A stretch of DNA of 32,000 nt, taken from positions 480,001 to 512,000 of the forward strand of contig NZ_LN885086.1 in NCBI RefSeq assembly GCF_001458695.1, read 5' to 3'. Origin of the DNA: Candidatus Nitrospira inopinata (GTDB taxonomy: Bacteria > Nitrospirota > Nitrospiria > Nitrospirales > Nitrospiraceae). The notes below the pieces were generated by a model. That model made no database searches. It had not been told where the DNA came from and was given only the letters and a program-made list of their open reading frames with translations. This document shows positions 24,475 through 32,000 of the stretch, one piece after another. Position 1 is the first letter of the stretch; every line of letters starts with the position of its first letter. The position numbers were made by a program, and so were the translations under genes.

Positions 24475-25725
24475 TCAAACCGTCCAGGCGAACCGGTCCT
24501 TGAACGTATCGGCGGACAGACCGGTCATGGCCGCATAGCGGCCCAGCGTCTGCGGATTATCCAGGTCTTCCGCCTTCAGTCGAATCATATATTGCCGGGC
24601 GATCCGATACGACGGCGAGTCGGTATCCACCATTCGGACCTTGGTTCGCCCCGTGGCGGCATCGACCATGTCCTTGAACGGAATCGGCACGAACCGGCCG
24701 TTTTGAATTGATACCATCGCCGACGTGCCACCGTCGAGCAGATATTGCGCCGCGCAATAGCCGAGGTCGCGCGTGTATTCGATGTCATAGGGGATTGGAT
24801 CGGCGCATCGAAGCTCGTAGCCCACGTTCTTCGCCACGAGCGTCAGAGACAGTCCCATCGCCTTGAGCTGCTTCGTCAGTTCCCGCCGCAACACGTCCCC
24901 GATGTCCACCTCGCTCAACCGCAGATGGCCGTGTTCATCGCGCGCGACATAGTCCAGCCCTCCGAGATCGCGGGGGTCGAGGATCTCGATCACCCCCTCG
25001 GCCACCACGGCGACGCCGTCTGCCCGCCCCTGTTCCATTCGCTTCACCATGGCCCCCAGCAGAACGTCGACGACTTTCCGCAAGCGAACCGGCCGCTCCC
25101 GAAACTCCTCCGGAATAATCGTCACCGTGGCCCCGGCCGCCTTCCCGATCCCCAAGGCCAAATGGCCCGCCTTGCGCCCCATCGTGACCACCAGGTACCA
25201 GCGCGCGGTGGTGCGGGCGTCGACCATGAGGTTTTTGACGATTTCGACCCCGACGTGACGGGCCGTCTGAAACCCGAAGGTGGGAATACCGTAGGGGAGA
25301 TCCAAATCATTGTCGATGGTCTTCGGCACGTGAACGACCTGAAGACGGTCGCCCGCCCGCTCCTCCACCTTCATGGCCGAATACGCCGTATCATCGCCTC
25401 CGATCGTCACCAGTCGCCTGACACCCAGTCCCGACAACGCGAACAGAACGTTGTCCAAGTGCTCCGATGATTTCGTCGGATTCGCCCGGGACGTCCCCAG
25501 ATAAGATCCTCCTTGAAAATGAATCCGACTGACTTCCTCGATCGAGAGAGGCCTCACCTGACCGGTGCTTCCCTCCATCAGCCATTTAAACCCGTCCAGG
25601 ATGCCGATCACATCGTCTCCGCCCAGAATGCCGCGGATCGTCGCGGCGCTGATGACGCTGTTGATCCCGGGCGCCGGCCCCCCTCCGACCAGAATCCCCA
25701 TCACGGTCCGCTCTGAAGCCATCAT
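24475..25725 (-). CDS. pfk: 6-phosphofructokinase (PfkA family; ATP- or PPi-dependent type not resolved)
   Basis: GILVGGGPAPGINSVI, VTIGGDDTAYSA, VHVPKTIDNDL and TMGRKAGHLAL are present. The start is ATG 25725 (MMASERTV), preceded by GGAAGGAGGGGGG. Confidence 0.9.
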   Translation of the reverse strand: MMASERTVMGILVGGGPAPGINSVISAATIRGILGGDDVIGILDGFKWLMEGSTGQVRPLSIEEVSRIHFQGGSYLGTSRANPTKSSEHLDNVLFALSGLGVRRLVTIGGDDTAYSAMKVEERAGDRLQVVHVPKTIDNDLDLPYGIPTFGFQTARHVGVEIVKNLMVDARTTARWYLVVTMGRKAGHLALGIGKAAGATVTIIPEEFRERPVRLRKVVDVLLGAMVKRMEQGRADGVAVVAEGVIEILDPRDLGGLDYVARDEHGHLRLSEVDIGDVLRRELTKQLKAMGLSLTLVAKNVGYELRCADPIPYDIEYTRDLGYCAAQYLLDGGTSAMVSIQNGRFVPIPFKDMVDAATGRTKVRMVDTDSPSYRIARQYMIRLKAEDLDNPQTLGRYAAMTGLSADTFKDRFAWTV

Positions 25726-25833
25726 CCCCCCTCCTTCCATCCCGCGTCCGCCCGACCCTCTTGTGGGGATCTGCGACACGATGGCATCTTTCAATGCAAG
25801 ACTTTCAACATCGGCCCCGATCAATCGACCCGG

Positions 25834-27222
25834 CTACTCGGCAGGCACCTCATCTAAACCGACGTGGGCCCGAAGACGATTGTACTCGAACGCGGGCAGG
25901 CCCGTTCGCCGACGGCCCGGATCATGCGCGGCCATTTCATCGATCAGGGCGCCGACCGTTTTGCGCGTCGACGGACTCTCGGCGGCGTGGCGAGGCGTTT
26001 GGCCGCCAAGCGCAACGTGCGGCTGGTCCGCCCACTCCAGGTAAGCCTTTTCCAAAAACCGAGCCAGCAGGGCGCGGTCTTCTTCCGGCGTCACGACCAC
26101 CGCCGGCGGATCACCGGCCGTCAGGTCGGCCACCGACAGTTTTCGTGCCGGTGGTTCAACCGTCTCGCCGCGAAAGTGCAGGGAAAAGCCCAAGGCGGCC
26201 GCCAGTTCATGTTTGATCCGATCAAGTCGCTCAGGGCCGTCGCATTCCACGATCAACTGGCTGGACGTCAACGTGAGCCTCGCCACGGTTTCCATTCCGG
26301 CTCCGCTCTCGATGCGCTGAACCCACACGGAGGCCGGCGGGAGGCCGGAATCGGTCGTCGCGCCCGCGGATCGAAGGGTGGATGATTGTTCGGGCTCCAA
26401 CTCTTGCATGGCCGACAACCGGTCGGCAAACATACGAGGCTCATGATGATCGTAGAGAGCCACGGCATAGAGATACGGCCGACCGTCCGAGCCACGATAG
26501 CGGATGTGAACGACGGCGTCCACCAGTGCGTCAAGGCGCAACTGCGCGAACGCCCAGAGCAGCATATAGCCGTATCGTTTGGTGAATTCCTTCCATTCTC
26601 CAAGCGTAAAGGATCCGGTCTCGATCTCCAGCTCGCGGCGCCATTCGGCGACCGTCTCGATCAACACCGCGGCATCCTCCGGAGAGAGAAGCAACCCGCA
26701 TCCGCCCCATACGGCGTCGGACGATCCCTCGCCCGGCCGGCCGATGACGCGAGTGAGCATTCCGGACCCGGGCGGCGCATCCTTGATGAAATCCCCGCCG
26801 GGCAGATGCACCGTCGCTCCATCGCCGAGAGACCGCGCCGTCACCCGCGCCGGGTCCGACGAGACCAGCTCGAACACATCCATACGGGAATGTTTTAAGG
26901 GGTCGAGCCACGCCCGTTCCTCGTCGGGAACATGTTCGGTGACGACGTCTCGCAACTGTTCAATGAGGCTCAATTGCCCGTCTTCGGGGTAAAAATCGCA
27001 GATCACGAACAGACCGGCCAACTCGATCTCCTGCGCCAGGGGCATGACGACGCCCCCCAAGCCTTCTCCGATGTACGGCTTGAGCGCCCGCGCCAACGCC
27101 AGTTCACGTTGAAGGGAAAAGCCCGGCTTGAGCGACAGCGAGTCAAGCCGCGCGAGTACCGAGGCCAGGGACGGAGGAAGCGGAGCAAAGAACCCCGCAG
27201 CCTGCTCACTCCCGAGCTTCAT
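25834..27222 (-). CDS. Hypothetical protein (462 aa)
   Basis: A long ORF embedded co-directionally in the USP operon. Its start overlaps the DUF2934 gene by 17 nt. The C-terminal W.DQP..ALGGQTPR.A....R..V..LI.EM segment resembles helical modules seen in other proteins, but no family was assigned. Confidence 0.6.
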   Translation of the reverse strand: MKLGSEQAAGFFAPLPPSLASVLARLDSLSLKPGFSLQRELALARALKPYIGEGLGGVVMPLAQEIELAGLFVICDFYPEDGQLSLIEQLRDVVTEHVPDEERAWLDPLKHSRMDVFELVSSDPARVTARSLGDGATVHLPGGDFIKDAPPGSGMLTRVIGRPGEGSSDAVWGGCGLLLSPEDAAVLIETVAEWRRELEIETGSFTLGEWKEFTKRYGYMLLWAFAQLRLDALVDAVVHIRYRGSDGRPYLYAVALYDHHEPRMFADRLSAMQELEPEQSSTLRSAGATTDSGLPPASVWVQRIESGAGMETVARLTLTSSQLIVECDGPERLDRIKHELAAALGFSLHFRGETVEPPARKLSVADLTAGDPPAVVVTPEEDRALLARFLEKAYLEWADQPHVALGGQTPRHAAESPSTRKTVGALIDEMAAHDPGRRRTGLPAFEYNRLRAHVGLDEVPAE

Positions 27223-27442
27223 GGATTTCTTCCATCACGATGGCTTCCGCCTCGAACCAGTCCCGGAGATCGTCGCCGTCCGGGCGTCCCCGCTGCTCCC
27301 ATAGTTCGTAAGCTTTTTTCGCGATTCGCTCCCACATCCCGTCCGGCAATTCAATCGGTTTGCTCGAAACGGCGGCGGCAACGGCGGTCGACGACCGCCC
27401 TTTCGAAGAACCGGTTTTCTTCGTCGTCTTCTTCTCGCGCAT
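27206..27442 (-). CDS. DUF2934 family protein
   Basis: 78 aa. IAKKAYELWEQRGRPDGDDLRDWFEAE matches the DUF2934 hallmark (A.ElW...G.p.G.d..dW..AE). Confidence 0.75.
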   Translation of the reverse strand: MREKKTTKKTGSSKGRSSTAVAAAVSSKPIELPDGMWERIAKKAYELWEQRGRPDGDDLRDWFEAEAIVMEEIHEARE

Positions 27443-27469
27443 AACACACTCCTGGGTTTCGGTTGACGG

Positions 27470-28417
27470 TCACTGATCGGCAGGCAAGGCTGACAGCGCA
27501 CGACGTTGGCTCGGTCGAAATTTGGGGCTGCGCACCATCAGAACGGGGCGGAGGGACTTCCGCAGCACGGATTCGGCCACGCTGCCGTACAAGACGTGCG
27601 ACAGGCCCCGCCGACCGTGTGTGCCCATGACGATCATGTCGATCGGCAGGGTCCGCGCCGCTTCAAGAATCGAATCATTGGGAAGCCCTCCCCGTATCAG
27701 GCATTCACAAGGCACCCCCGCGGCGTTCGCCGCACCGGCGATCTCGGCGAGTCGTTTCTCGACCGCCTCCCGTCGTCGTCTCGCGTCCGAGTGGACGAGC
27801 GTAAAGTCCAGTCCGTACGAAACCGGTTCCAAAACATGAAGCAACGTGACGGACGCGCGCGCCCGCCGGGCCGCCTCAATCCCATATTCCAGCGCGTCAA
27901 GCGAGCAATCGGAAAAATCCACCGGAATCAGCAATTTCTTGAGCACAGGTCGAGCTTGCCGCTCACCGGCCCCTTCGGTTTCCGACCGCTCGGCCCGAAC
28001 GGCCAAAACCGGGCAAGGCGACGTTCGAATGACACGCTCGGCCGTGCTGCCCAGCAAGACGTGTTCAAGCCCGCTCTTTCCCGCCGTGCCGACCACGATC
28101 AGATCCGCCTTCTCCTCCTCAGCCGCGGCCACGATTTCCTTGCTGGGGATGCCTCTGGCAAGACGCGGCCGAACGACGATTCCCCGCTCCCCGACGCGCT
28201 CCTTGGCGGCGTCCAAATCTTGTGTAGCCTGTTTCATCAACTCGTTCAAGTACAATTGGGTCACGGGGTAGTCCGGGTTCAACCCCGGATCGAATTCCAA
28301 TACGGTCATGATCGTCAGTTCGGCTCCCCACGTTTCGGCCAGCGAACAGGCATACGCCTCCGCTCGCTCCGCATGAGCCGAAAAGTCCGTCGCCAGAAGA
28401 ATGTGTTCGACGTTCAT
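27470..28417 (-). CDS. Universal stress protein, tandem USP domains
   Basis: 315 aa. It carries the repeats ILLATDFS...VVGTAGKSGLEHVLLGSTAERVIRTSPCPVLAV and LLIPVDFS...VMGTHGRRGLSHVLYGSVAESVLRKSLRPVLMV. Confidence 0.85.
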   Translation of the reverse strand: MNVEHILLATDFSAHAERAEAYACSLAETWGAELTIMTVLEFDPGLNPDYPVTQLYLNELMKQATQDLDAAKERVGERGIVVRPRLARGIPSKEIVAAAEEEKADLIVVGTAGKSGLEHVLLGSTAERVIRTSPCPVLAVRAERSETEGAGERQARPVLKKLLIPVDFSDCSLDALEYGIEAARRARASVTLLHVLEPVSYGLDFTLVHSDARRRREAVEKRLAEIAGAANAAGVPCECLIRGGLPNDSILEAARTLPIDMIVMGTHGRRGLSHVLYGSVAESVLRKSLRPVLMVRSPKFRPSQRRALSALPADQ

Positions 28418-28478
28418 GGCCTGACTCTGTACCGGAACGATCGGAGGGGCCGCCTTTCGCCCATGTCCCCCTCCCCGT

Positions 28479-28934
28479 TTAGACGGCTTCCGTGCTCAAG
28501 ATCAACAATTCTCCGGTCATGGTCGGGTGAAGCGAGCAGCGGAACTCGTGTTTCCCCGGACGGGACAGATCAAACCGCACGATCGCGCCGCGATGTGGAT
28601 CAAGGAAGACCCCGCCCAACCCTCGTCCGTACACGATCACCCCGTTCTGTTCGATCTGCGCGGAAAGCCCCTCGAACATCGTCGAGCCGAAATCGTGCCG
28701 TTCCGCGTCCTCGTTCCGCACCTTGATCACCGTCGGAAGCCCCAGGCGCAACGCTCCCTGCTTGGTCCTGAACTTGTAATCCTTGATGGTCACTTCCACC
28801 ACCTGTTCCGGCTCGGACTGCGCCAGCCTTTGCGATCCCGTCGTGCTCGCTAACGGACCGGGCGACCAGACCATCAGGCCGGCCAGACCGGCGATCACGC
28901 CCCCCGTCCACCAGCGAGCCCATTGCTTGATCAT
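28479..28934 (-). CDS. Secreted cupredoxin-like protein (putative type-1 copper site)
   Basis: It has a signal or anchor segment. The beta-rich body includes ..NEDAERHDF.. and ..GKHEFRCSLHPTMTGELLI. The H...C-x2-H-x2-M spacing matches amicyanin-type ligands. Confidence 0.7.
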   Translation of the reverse strand: MIKQWARWWTGGVIAGLAGLMVWSPGPLASTTGSQRLAQSEPEQVVEVTIKDYKFRTKQGALRLGLPTVIKVRNEDAERHDFGSTMFEGLSAQIEQNGVIVYGRGLGGVFLDPHRGAIVRFDLSRPGKHEFRCSLHPTMTGELLILSTEAV

Positions 28935-28948
28935 GACCTCTCCCTTCG

Positions 28949-29449
28949 TTAAGTGGAAACCGGCTGACCGCCGGTGGCCGGCAGAGGAACGGTCAATACG
29001 GGACAGCCGGCGGTGCGGACGACCTTTTCCGCCGTGCTGCCGAAAAAGATCTTATCCACGCTGCCCGCTCGCCCGCCGTAACTGCCCATCACGATCAGAT
29101 CCACGCGCCCCGCACGAGCAGCCTTGGCGATCTCGACGAACGGGGAGCCCTCGACGATGGTACGGGCGAGCGCCACGCCCTTGGCCTCTTTCGATTCCAG
29201 CAACCGGCGCGCCTTCAGACGGGCATGGTGACGCAGACGCCGTCGTTGAGCCGCCACATCAGACGGGACGGCCACCAGCCCCAGTCGGTTGAACGCCGCC
29301 AAGGTTCCCGTATCGATGACGTGCAAGACCGTCAGCTCGGCTCCACATACACGCGCCATCTCGCAGGCGACTCGAAAGGCCTCATCCGAACAGGGCGAGA
29401 AATCGACCGGCACGAGAATCTTTTTGAAGAGACCGGCTTGTTGAACCAT
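28949..29449 (-). CDS. Universal stress protein, single USP domain
   Basis: 166 aa. KKILVPVDFSPCSDEA...IVMGSYGGRAGSVDKIFFGSTAEKVVRTAGCPVLTV fits the USP fold. GAGGAGA precedes ATG 29449. Confidence 0.85.
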   Translation of the reverse strand: MVQQAGLFKKILVPVDFSPCSDEAFRVACEMARVCGAELTVLHVIDTGTLAAFNRLGLVAVPSDVAAQRRRLRHHARLKARRLLESKEAKGVALARTIVEGSPFVEIAKAARAGRVDLIVMGSYGGRAGSVDKIFFGSTAEKVVRTAGCPVLTVPLPATGGQPVST

Positions 29450-29477
29450 GGGTTCTCCTCTTTTTTGCCGGAAACCA

Positions 29478-29492
29478 GCAAGGGCGGTGCCA
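29478..29492 (-). promoter_or_regulatory. Sigma54 (-24/-12) promoter, TGGCAC-N5-TTGC
   Basis: The minus strand reads TGGCACCGCCCTTGCTGGTTTCCGGCAAAAAAGAGGAGAACCCATG. This is an exact TGGCAC-5 nt-TTGC, with the GC of the -12 box 29 nt upstream of the USP start codon. Confidence 0.55.
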
Positions 29493-29633
29493 CTTGAAGA
29501 ACCTGAGTCGTATGGGCGATAGTGGCTGCACGATTCTGGGAAATTTCAGCCGGAACACCGTCTTCTTTCCCTTGAGCGAGGGTGACGAGGGTGAATGGAT
29601 CGCCGCCCTCGATCTTCACGAAAAGGGGCTCCT

Positions 29634-29663
29634 TGCTACAGATGCAATCTTATCGATGTAGCA
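29634..29663. promoter_or_regulatory. Inverted repeat TGCTACA-N16-TGTAGCA, candidate enhancer-binding-protein site
   Basis: The 7-bp perfect arms lie at 29634-29640 and 29657-29663, about 150 nt upstream of the sigma54 promoter. That is the usual distance for an upstream activating sequence. Confidence 0.3.
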
Positions 29664-29804
29664 GAAGGCCCCACTGATGAAACAACTTTTACGGTGACGA
29701 AGGGCCCACGGTGTGGAAATGCAGAAGCGACAAGGTGAAACTTCCCTTGCCTCTCCATCTTTTCTTTGCTTTTCGCCACTGACGCCGGACACGGCCGCGT
29801 GGAA

Positions 29805-29819
29805 CGGCATCGGATTTGC
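29805..29819 (+). promoter_or_regulatory. Weaker sigma54-like element CGGCAT-N5-TTGC facing the + strand USP gene
   Basis: The GG and TTGC(T) positions and the spacing are correct, with two mismatches in the -24 box. It lies about 110 nt upstream of ATG 29928. Confidence 0.25.
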
Positions 29820-29927
29820 TGAGGCGTGTTACGGATGGGAGCACGCCGCCGTTGCGGATGTCGGTTCAACCGATGAGGCAAATGAAACCCATCATTTCGG
29901 TGCTTCTGCGCAAGGAAGGTGACCTCC

Positions 29928-30791
29928 ATGAAACTTTTGCTCGCAGTCGACGGCTCCGATCACTCGTATGAAGCGGTGCGCGCGCTGAAATATTTGAGCC
30001 GCGCGGAAGCGCTGCATATCGTGCACGTCTTGGACGTCCCGACGCCGGCCTATCCCTCCATGATCCCCGAAGTAACGCGGGAATTCTATGAGACGACCGA
30101 GCGCACCATGCGGGAAGAGGGCACGAGACTGCTGGAGCGGATCGTGTCCCTGCTTCCGATGGAGGTCGGGCCAGTGACCAAGCATCTCGTCGTCGGATCG
30201 CCGGCGGATCAAATCATCGCACTGGCCGAGCAGTACAAGGTGGATCTCGTGTTGCTTGGGACGCGAGGCTTCGGGCCGATCAAAGAACGACTGTTGGGCA
30301 GCGTGGCCCATCGCGTGCTGACGTTCGCTCCGAGCGCCAAGCTGATTCTTCGCAGTCCGCTGAAAGCCTTGGACAAGGTACTGCTTCCCCTCCAAGGTCA
30401 GCCCGACGCGGAACATGCGCTCCGATTTCTCCAACAACGGCCGTTCCGAAATCCGCCCATGCTCACTCTCTTCACCGTCTTACCCCATACCAAGCCGCCA
30501 TGGCCGGTCAATGACACCGCCGCCGAACAGATGGAAGCCCAGGCGCTCCGCGAGGCCGAGGCCTTCCTCAATGATACGGCGGCTAAATTGCCGGCTCTCG
30601 GCCATGAGACCCGGGTCGTCGCCTCGTTGGGCACTCCGGTCGAAGGGATTCTGAAAGAAGCCGGGGCCTGGCAGCCCGACCTCATCCTCATGGGATCCCG
30701 CGGGCGCAAAGGCGTCTCGCGGCTCGTGCTGGGCAGTGTCTCTCACGCCCTCCTGCACCAAGGCACATACCCCTTGATGGTGTTCAACTGA
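29928..30791 (+). CDS. Universal stress protein, tandem USP domains
   Basis: MKLLLAVDGSDHS...LLGTRGFGPIKERLLGSVAHRVL and a second repeat ...LMGSRGRKGVSRLVLGSVSHALLHQGTYPLMV are present. ATG 29928 is preceded by AAGGAAGG. The track ORF starts at GTG 29919. Confidence 0.85.
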   Translation: MKLLLAVDGSDHSYEAVRALKYLSRAEALHIVHVLDVPTPAYPSMIPEVTREFYETTERTMREEGTRLLERIVSLLPMEVGPVTKHLVVGSPADQIIALAEQYKVDLVLLGTRGFGPIKERLLGSVAHRVLTFAPSAKLILRSPLKALDKVLLPLQGQPDAEHALRFLQQRPFRNPPMLTLFTVLPHTKPPWPVNDTAAEQMEAQALREAEAFLNDTAAKLPALGHETRVVASLGTPVEGILKEAGAWQPDLILMGSRGRKGVSRLVLGSVSHALLHQGTYPLMVFN

Positions 30792-30803
30792 GGAGGAAAA
30801 GCC

Positions 30804-30968
30804 ATGCCCATGTATGAGTACAAGTGTCTCGACTGTGGAAAGGAATCGGTGCTGGTCGTGACGCTCAAGGCGCATGAACAGGGAGACGTGGCCTGCCCGG
30901 CCTGTGGGAGCAAAAGGCTTGAACAACGCTTCAGTCCGTTCATTGCGCACACGAGCAAGAAAAGTTAG
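30804..30968 (+). CDS. FmdB-family zinc-ribbon protein (54 aa, below the ORF-track cutoff)
   Basis: MPMYEYKCLDCGKESVLVVTLKAHEQGDVACPACGSKRLEQRFSPFIAHTSKKS* has the hallmark YEY.C..CG.......-...CP.CGS. AGGAGG at 30791-30796 precedes the ATG. Confidence 0.75.
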   Translation: MPMYEYKCLDCGKESVLVVTLKAHEQGDVACPACGSKRLEQRFSPFIAHTSKKS

Positions 30969-30976
30969 GTGGCTTC

Positions 30977-31357
30977 GTGCGCAGGAACAGAGAGGTCGCC
31001 GCGCTCATCGGTCTTGTGTCGCTCTTGATTCTGATCGACGCGGCGATACCGGCTGGTCTTTCCGCGCAGGAGTATCCTTCCGATTCGGAACGAGGGAGAG
31101 CGATTTATGCGCGTCACTGTCGCTCTTGCCACGGAGACAAGGGCGAGGGGAACGGGCCGTCGGCGGAGACCCTGCCCCTTCCGCCCGCCAATTTTCGTCG
31201 TCTTCGGTCGATCCTCAAGTCGGATGAGGATCTGTTGCGGGTGATCGAGCATGGCATCGTCTTCAGTCCGATGCACGCCTGGCGAGGGCGGCTGGCCGAT
31301 GGAGAAATGCAGGATGTTTTGGCTTACATTCGCCTGCTCTCACAATCCAGCCCGTGA
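30977..31357 (+). CDS. Class I c-type cytochrome, secreted
   Basis: 126 aa with a signal-like N-terminus and the haem motif CRSCHGDKGEG. A distal Met candidate lies in FSPMHAW. The start is GTG 30977. Confidence 0.8.
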   Translation: MRRNREVAALIGLVSLLILIDAAIPAGLSAQEYPSDSERGRAIYARHCRSCHGDKGEGNGPSAETLPLPPANFRRLRSILKSDEDLLRVIEHGIVFSPMHAWRGRLADGEMQDVLAYIRLLSQSSP

Positions 31358-31986
31358 CATCCGGTTCGGCCTCGATGGCGACACCGCCGACTATGGAACC
31401 CCTGGTTGAAACACTGGACTCCCACGACGCGCTGATCCTGGTTGACGTCCAGAACGATTTCCTCCCCGGCGGTCCGCTCGGCGTCGCCGACAGTGGCGCA
31501 ATCGTCCCGATACTATCGGAGTACGTTCGCCGATTTCACGAAAGAGGGCTCCCGATTTTCCTCACGAGGGATTGGCACCCTCGGAACCATTGCTCGTTCC
31601 AACAGCAAGGAGGACCCTGGCCGCTTCACTGTCTGGCCGGCTCGCAGGGCGCATTGCCGCCCGATCAATTTCCGGTTCCAGCGCCAGCCGTAATCATTTA
31701 CAAAGGCATCGATCCGGACCAGGACGCCTACTCCGGCTTTCAAGGAACGGCCCTCCACCGCCACCTCCAAGCCCTTGATGTCCGACGGCTCTTCATCGGC
31801 GGATTGGCGACCGACTATTGCGTACTGAACACCGTCAAGGATGCCCTCTCCCTCGGCTATGCCGTCCGTTTGCTGACGGACGCGATCAAGGCGGTCGACG
31901 TCCGGCCCGATGACGGCGAACGGGCCGAGCAAGAGATGATTCGCCTGGGCGCCGTCCCCATCCGATTGGAGGATTTGACCCGATGA
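31354..31986 (+). CDS. pncA: Nicotinamidase/pyrazinamidase (isochorismatase-like hydrolase)
   Basis: ALILVDVQNDFLPGG carries the catalytic Asp and DWHPRNHCSF the metal ligands. IYKG carries the Lys and GLATDYCV the nucleophilic Cys. The start is either GTG 31354, overlapping the cytochrome stop as GTGA, or ATG 31375. Confidence 0.85.
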   Translation: MTSGSASMATPPTMEPLVETLDSHDALILVDVQNDFLPGGPLGVADSGAIVPILSEYVRRFHERGLPIFLTRDWHPRNHCSFQQQGGPWPLHCLAGSQGALPPDQFPVPAPAVIIYKGIDPDQDAYSGFQGTALHRHLQALDVRRLFIGGLATDYCVLNTVKDALSLGYAVRLLTDAIKAVDVRPDDGERAEQEMIRLGAVPIRLEDLTR

Positions 31987-32000
31987 ACCCTTCCCGAAGC

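Noticed and set aside
29450-29927. Small ORFs in the divergent USP intergenic region (29332-29619, 29616-29810 and 29636-29929 on the minus strand; 29713-29922 on the plus strand).
   Set aside because: They overlap each other, lack an RBS and have no family resemblance. The region is better explained as regulatory DNA.
1-32000. Scan for CRISPR arrays, rRNA/tRNA genes, IS elements or transposase genes.
   Set aside because: No regularly spaced repeats, tRNA-like cloverleaf regions or transposase/integrase-like ORFs were found by eye. Absence is not proven without tRNAscan, Infernal or ISfinder.

Overview
High-GC (about 60%) bacterial chromosomal window with three parts. (1) 1-7.9 kb is housekeeping and redox: the hscA tail, iscX, PBP1A, typA/bipA, a peroxiredoxin, a thioredoxin-like protein, and two tandem paralogous secreted proteins, one ending in a natural His6. 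(2) 7.9-18.5 kb is a roughly 10.5 kb accessory island with all genes on the minus strand and no integrase, tRNA or IS. The order is SNF2 helicase, type III-like Mod methyltransferase, TcmP (three-Cys-motif partner), DUF5131/Gp37-Gp68 three-Cys protein, a relic of a second mod 3' end, a disrupted DUF4160 gene, DUF2442, and a type III Res helicase-nuclease. The AT-richer TcmP/DUF5131 cassette sits between mod and res and is bracketed by a perfect 50-bp direct repeat of the mod 3' end. I consider this expanded type III-like locus the best candidate for an undescribed defence or DNA-modification system. (3) 18.6-32 kb holds a fused QueD/PTPS-like gene, a DUF3501 / CCG Fe-S protein / rubrerythrin module, a lipoprotein and a MarR regulator with a Cys/His-rich tail. 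It also holds a stress cluster with four universal-stress-protein genes (7 USP domains), a phosphofructokinase, a cupredoxin, DUF2934, an FmdB zinc-ribbon mini-ORF, a cytochrome c and a nicotinamidase. A consensus sigma54 promoter lies in the divergent control region of that cluster. No rRNA, tRNA, CRISPR array or transposase was seen. All family assignments come from reading motifs by eye; no database search was run.
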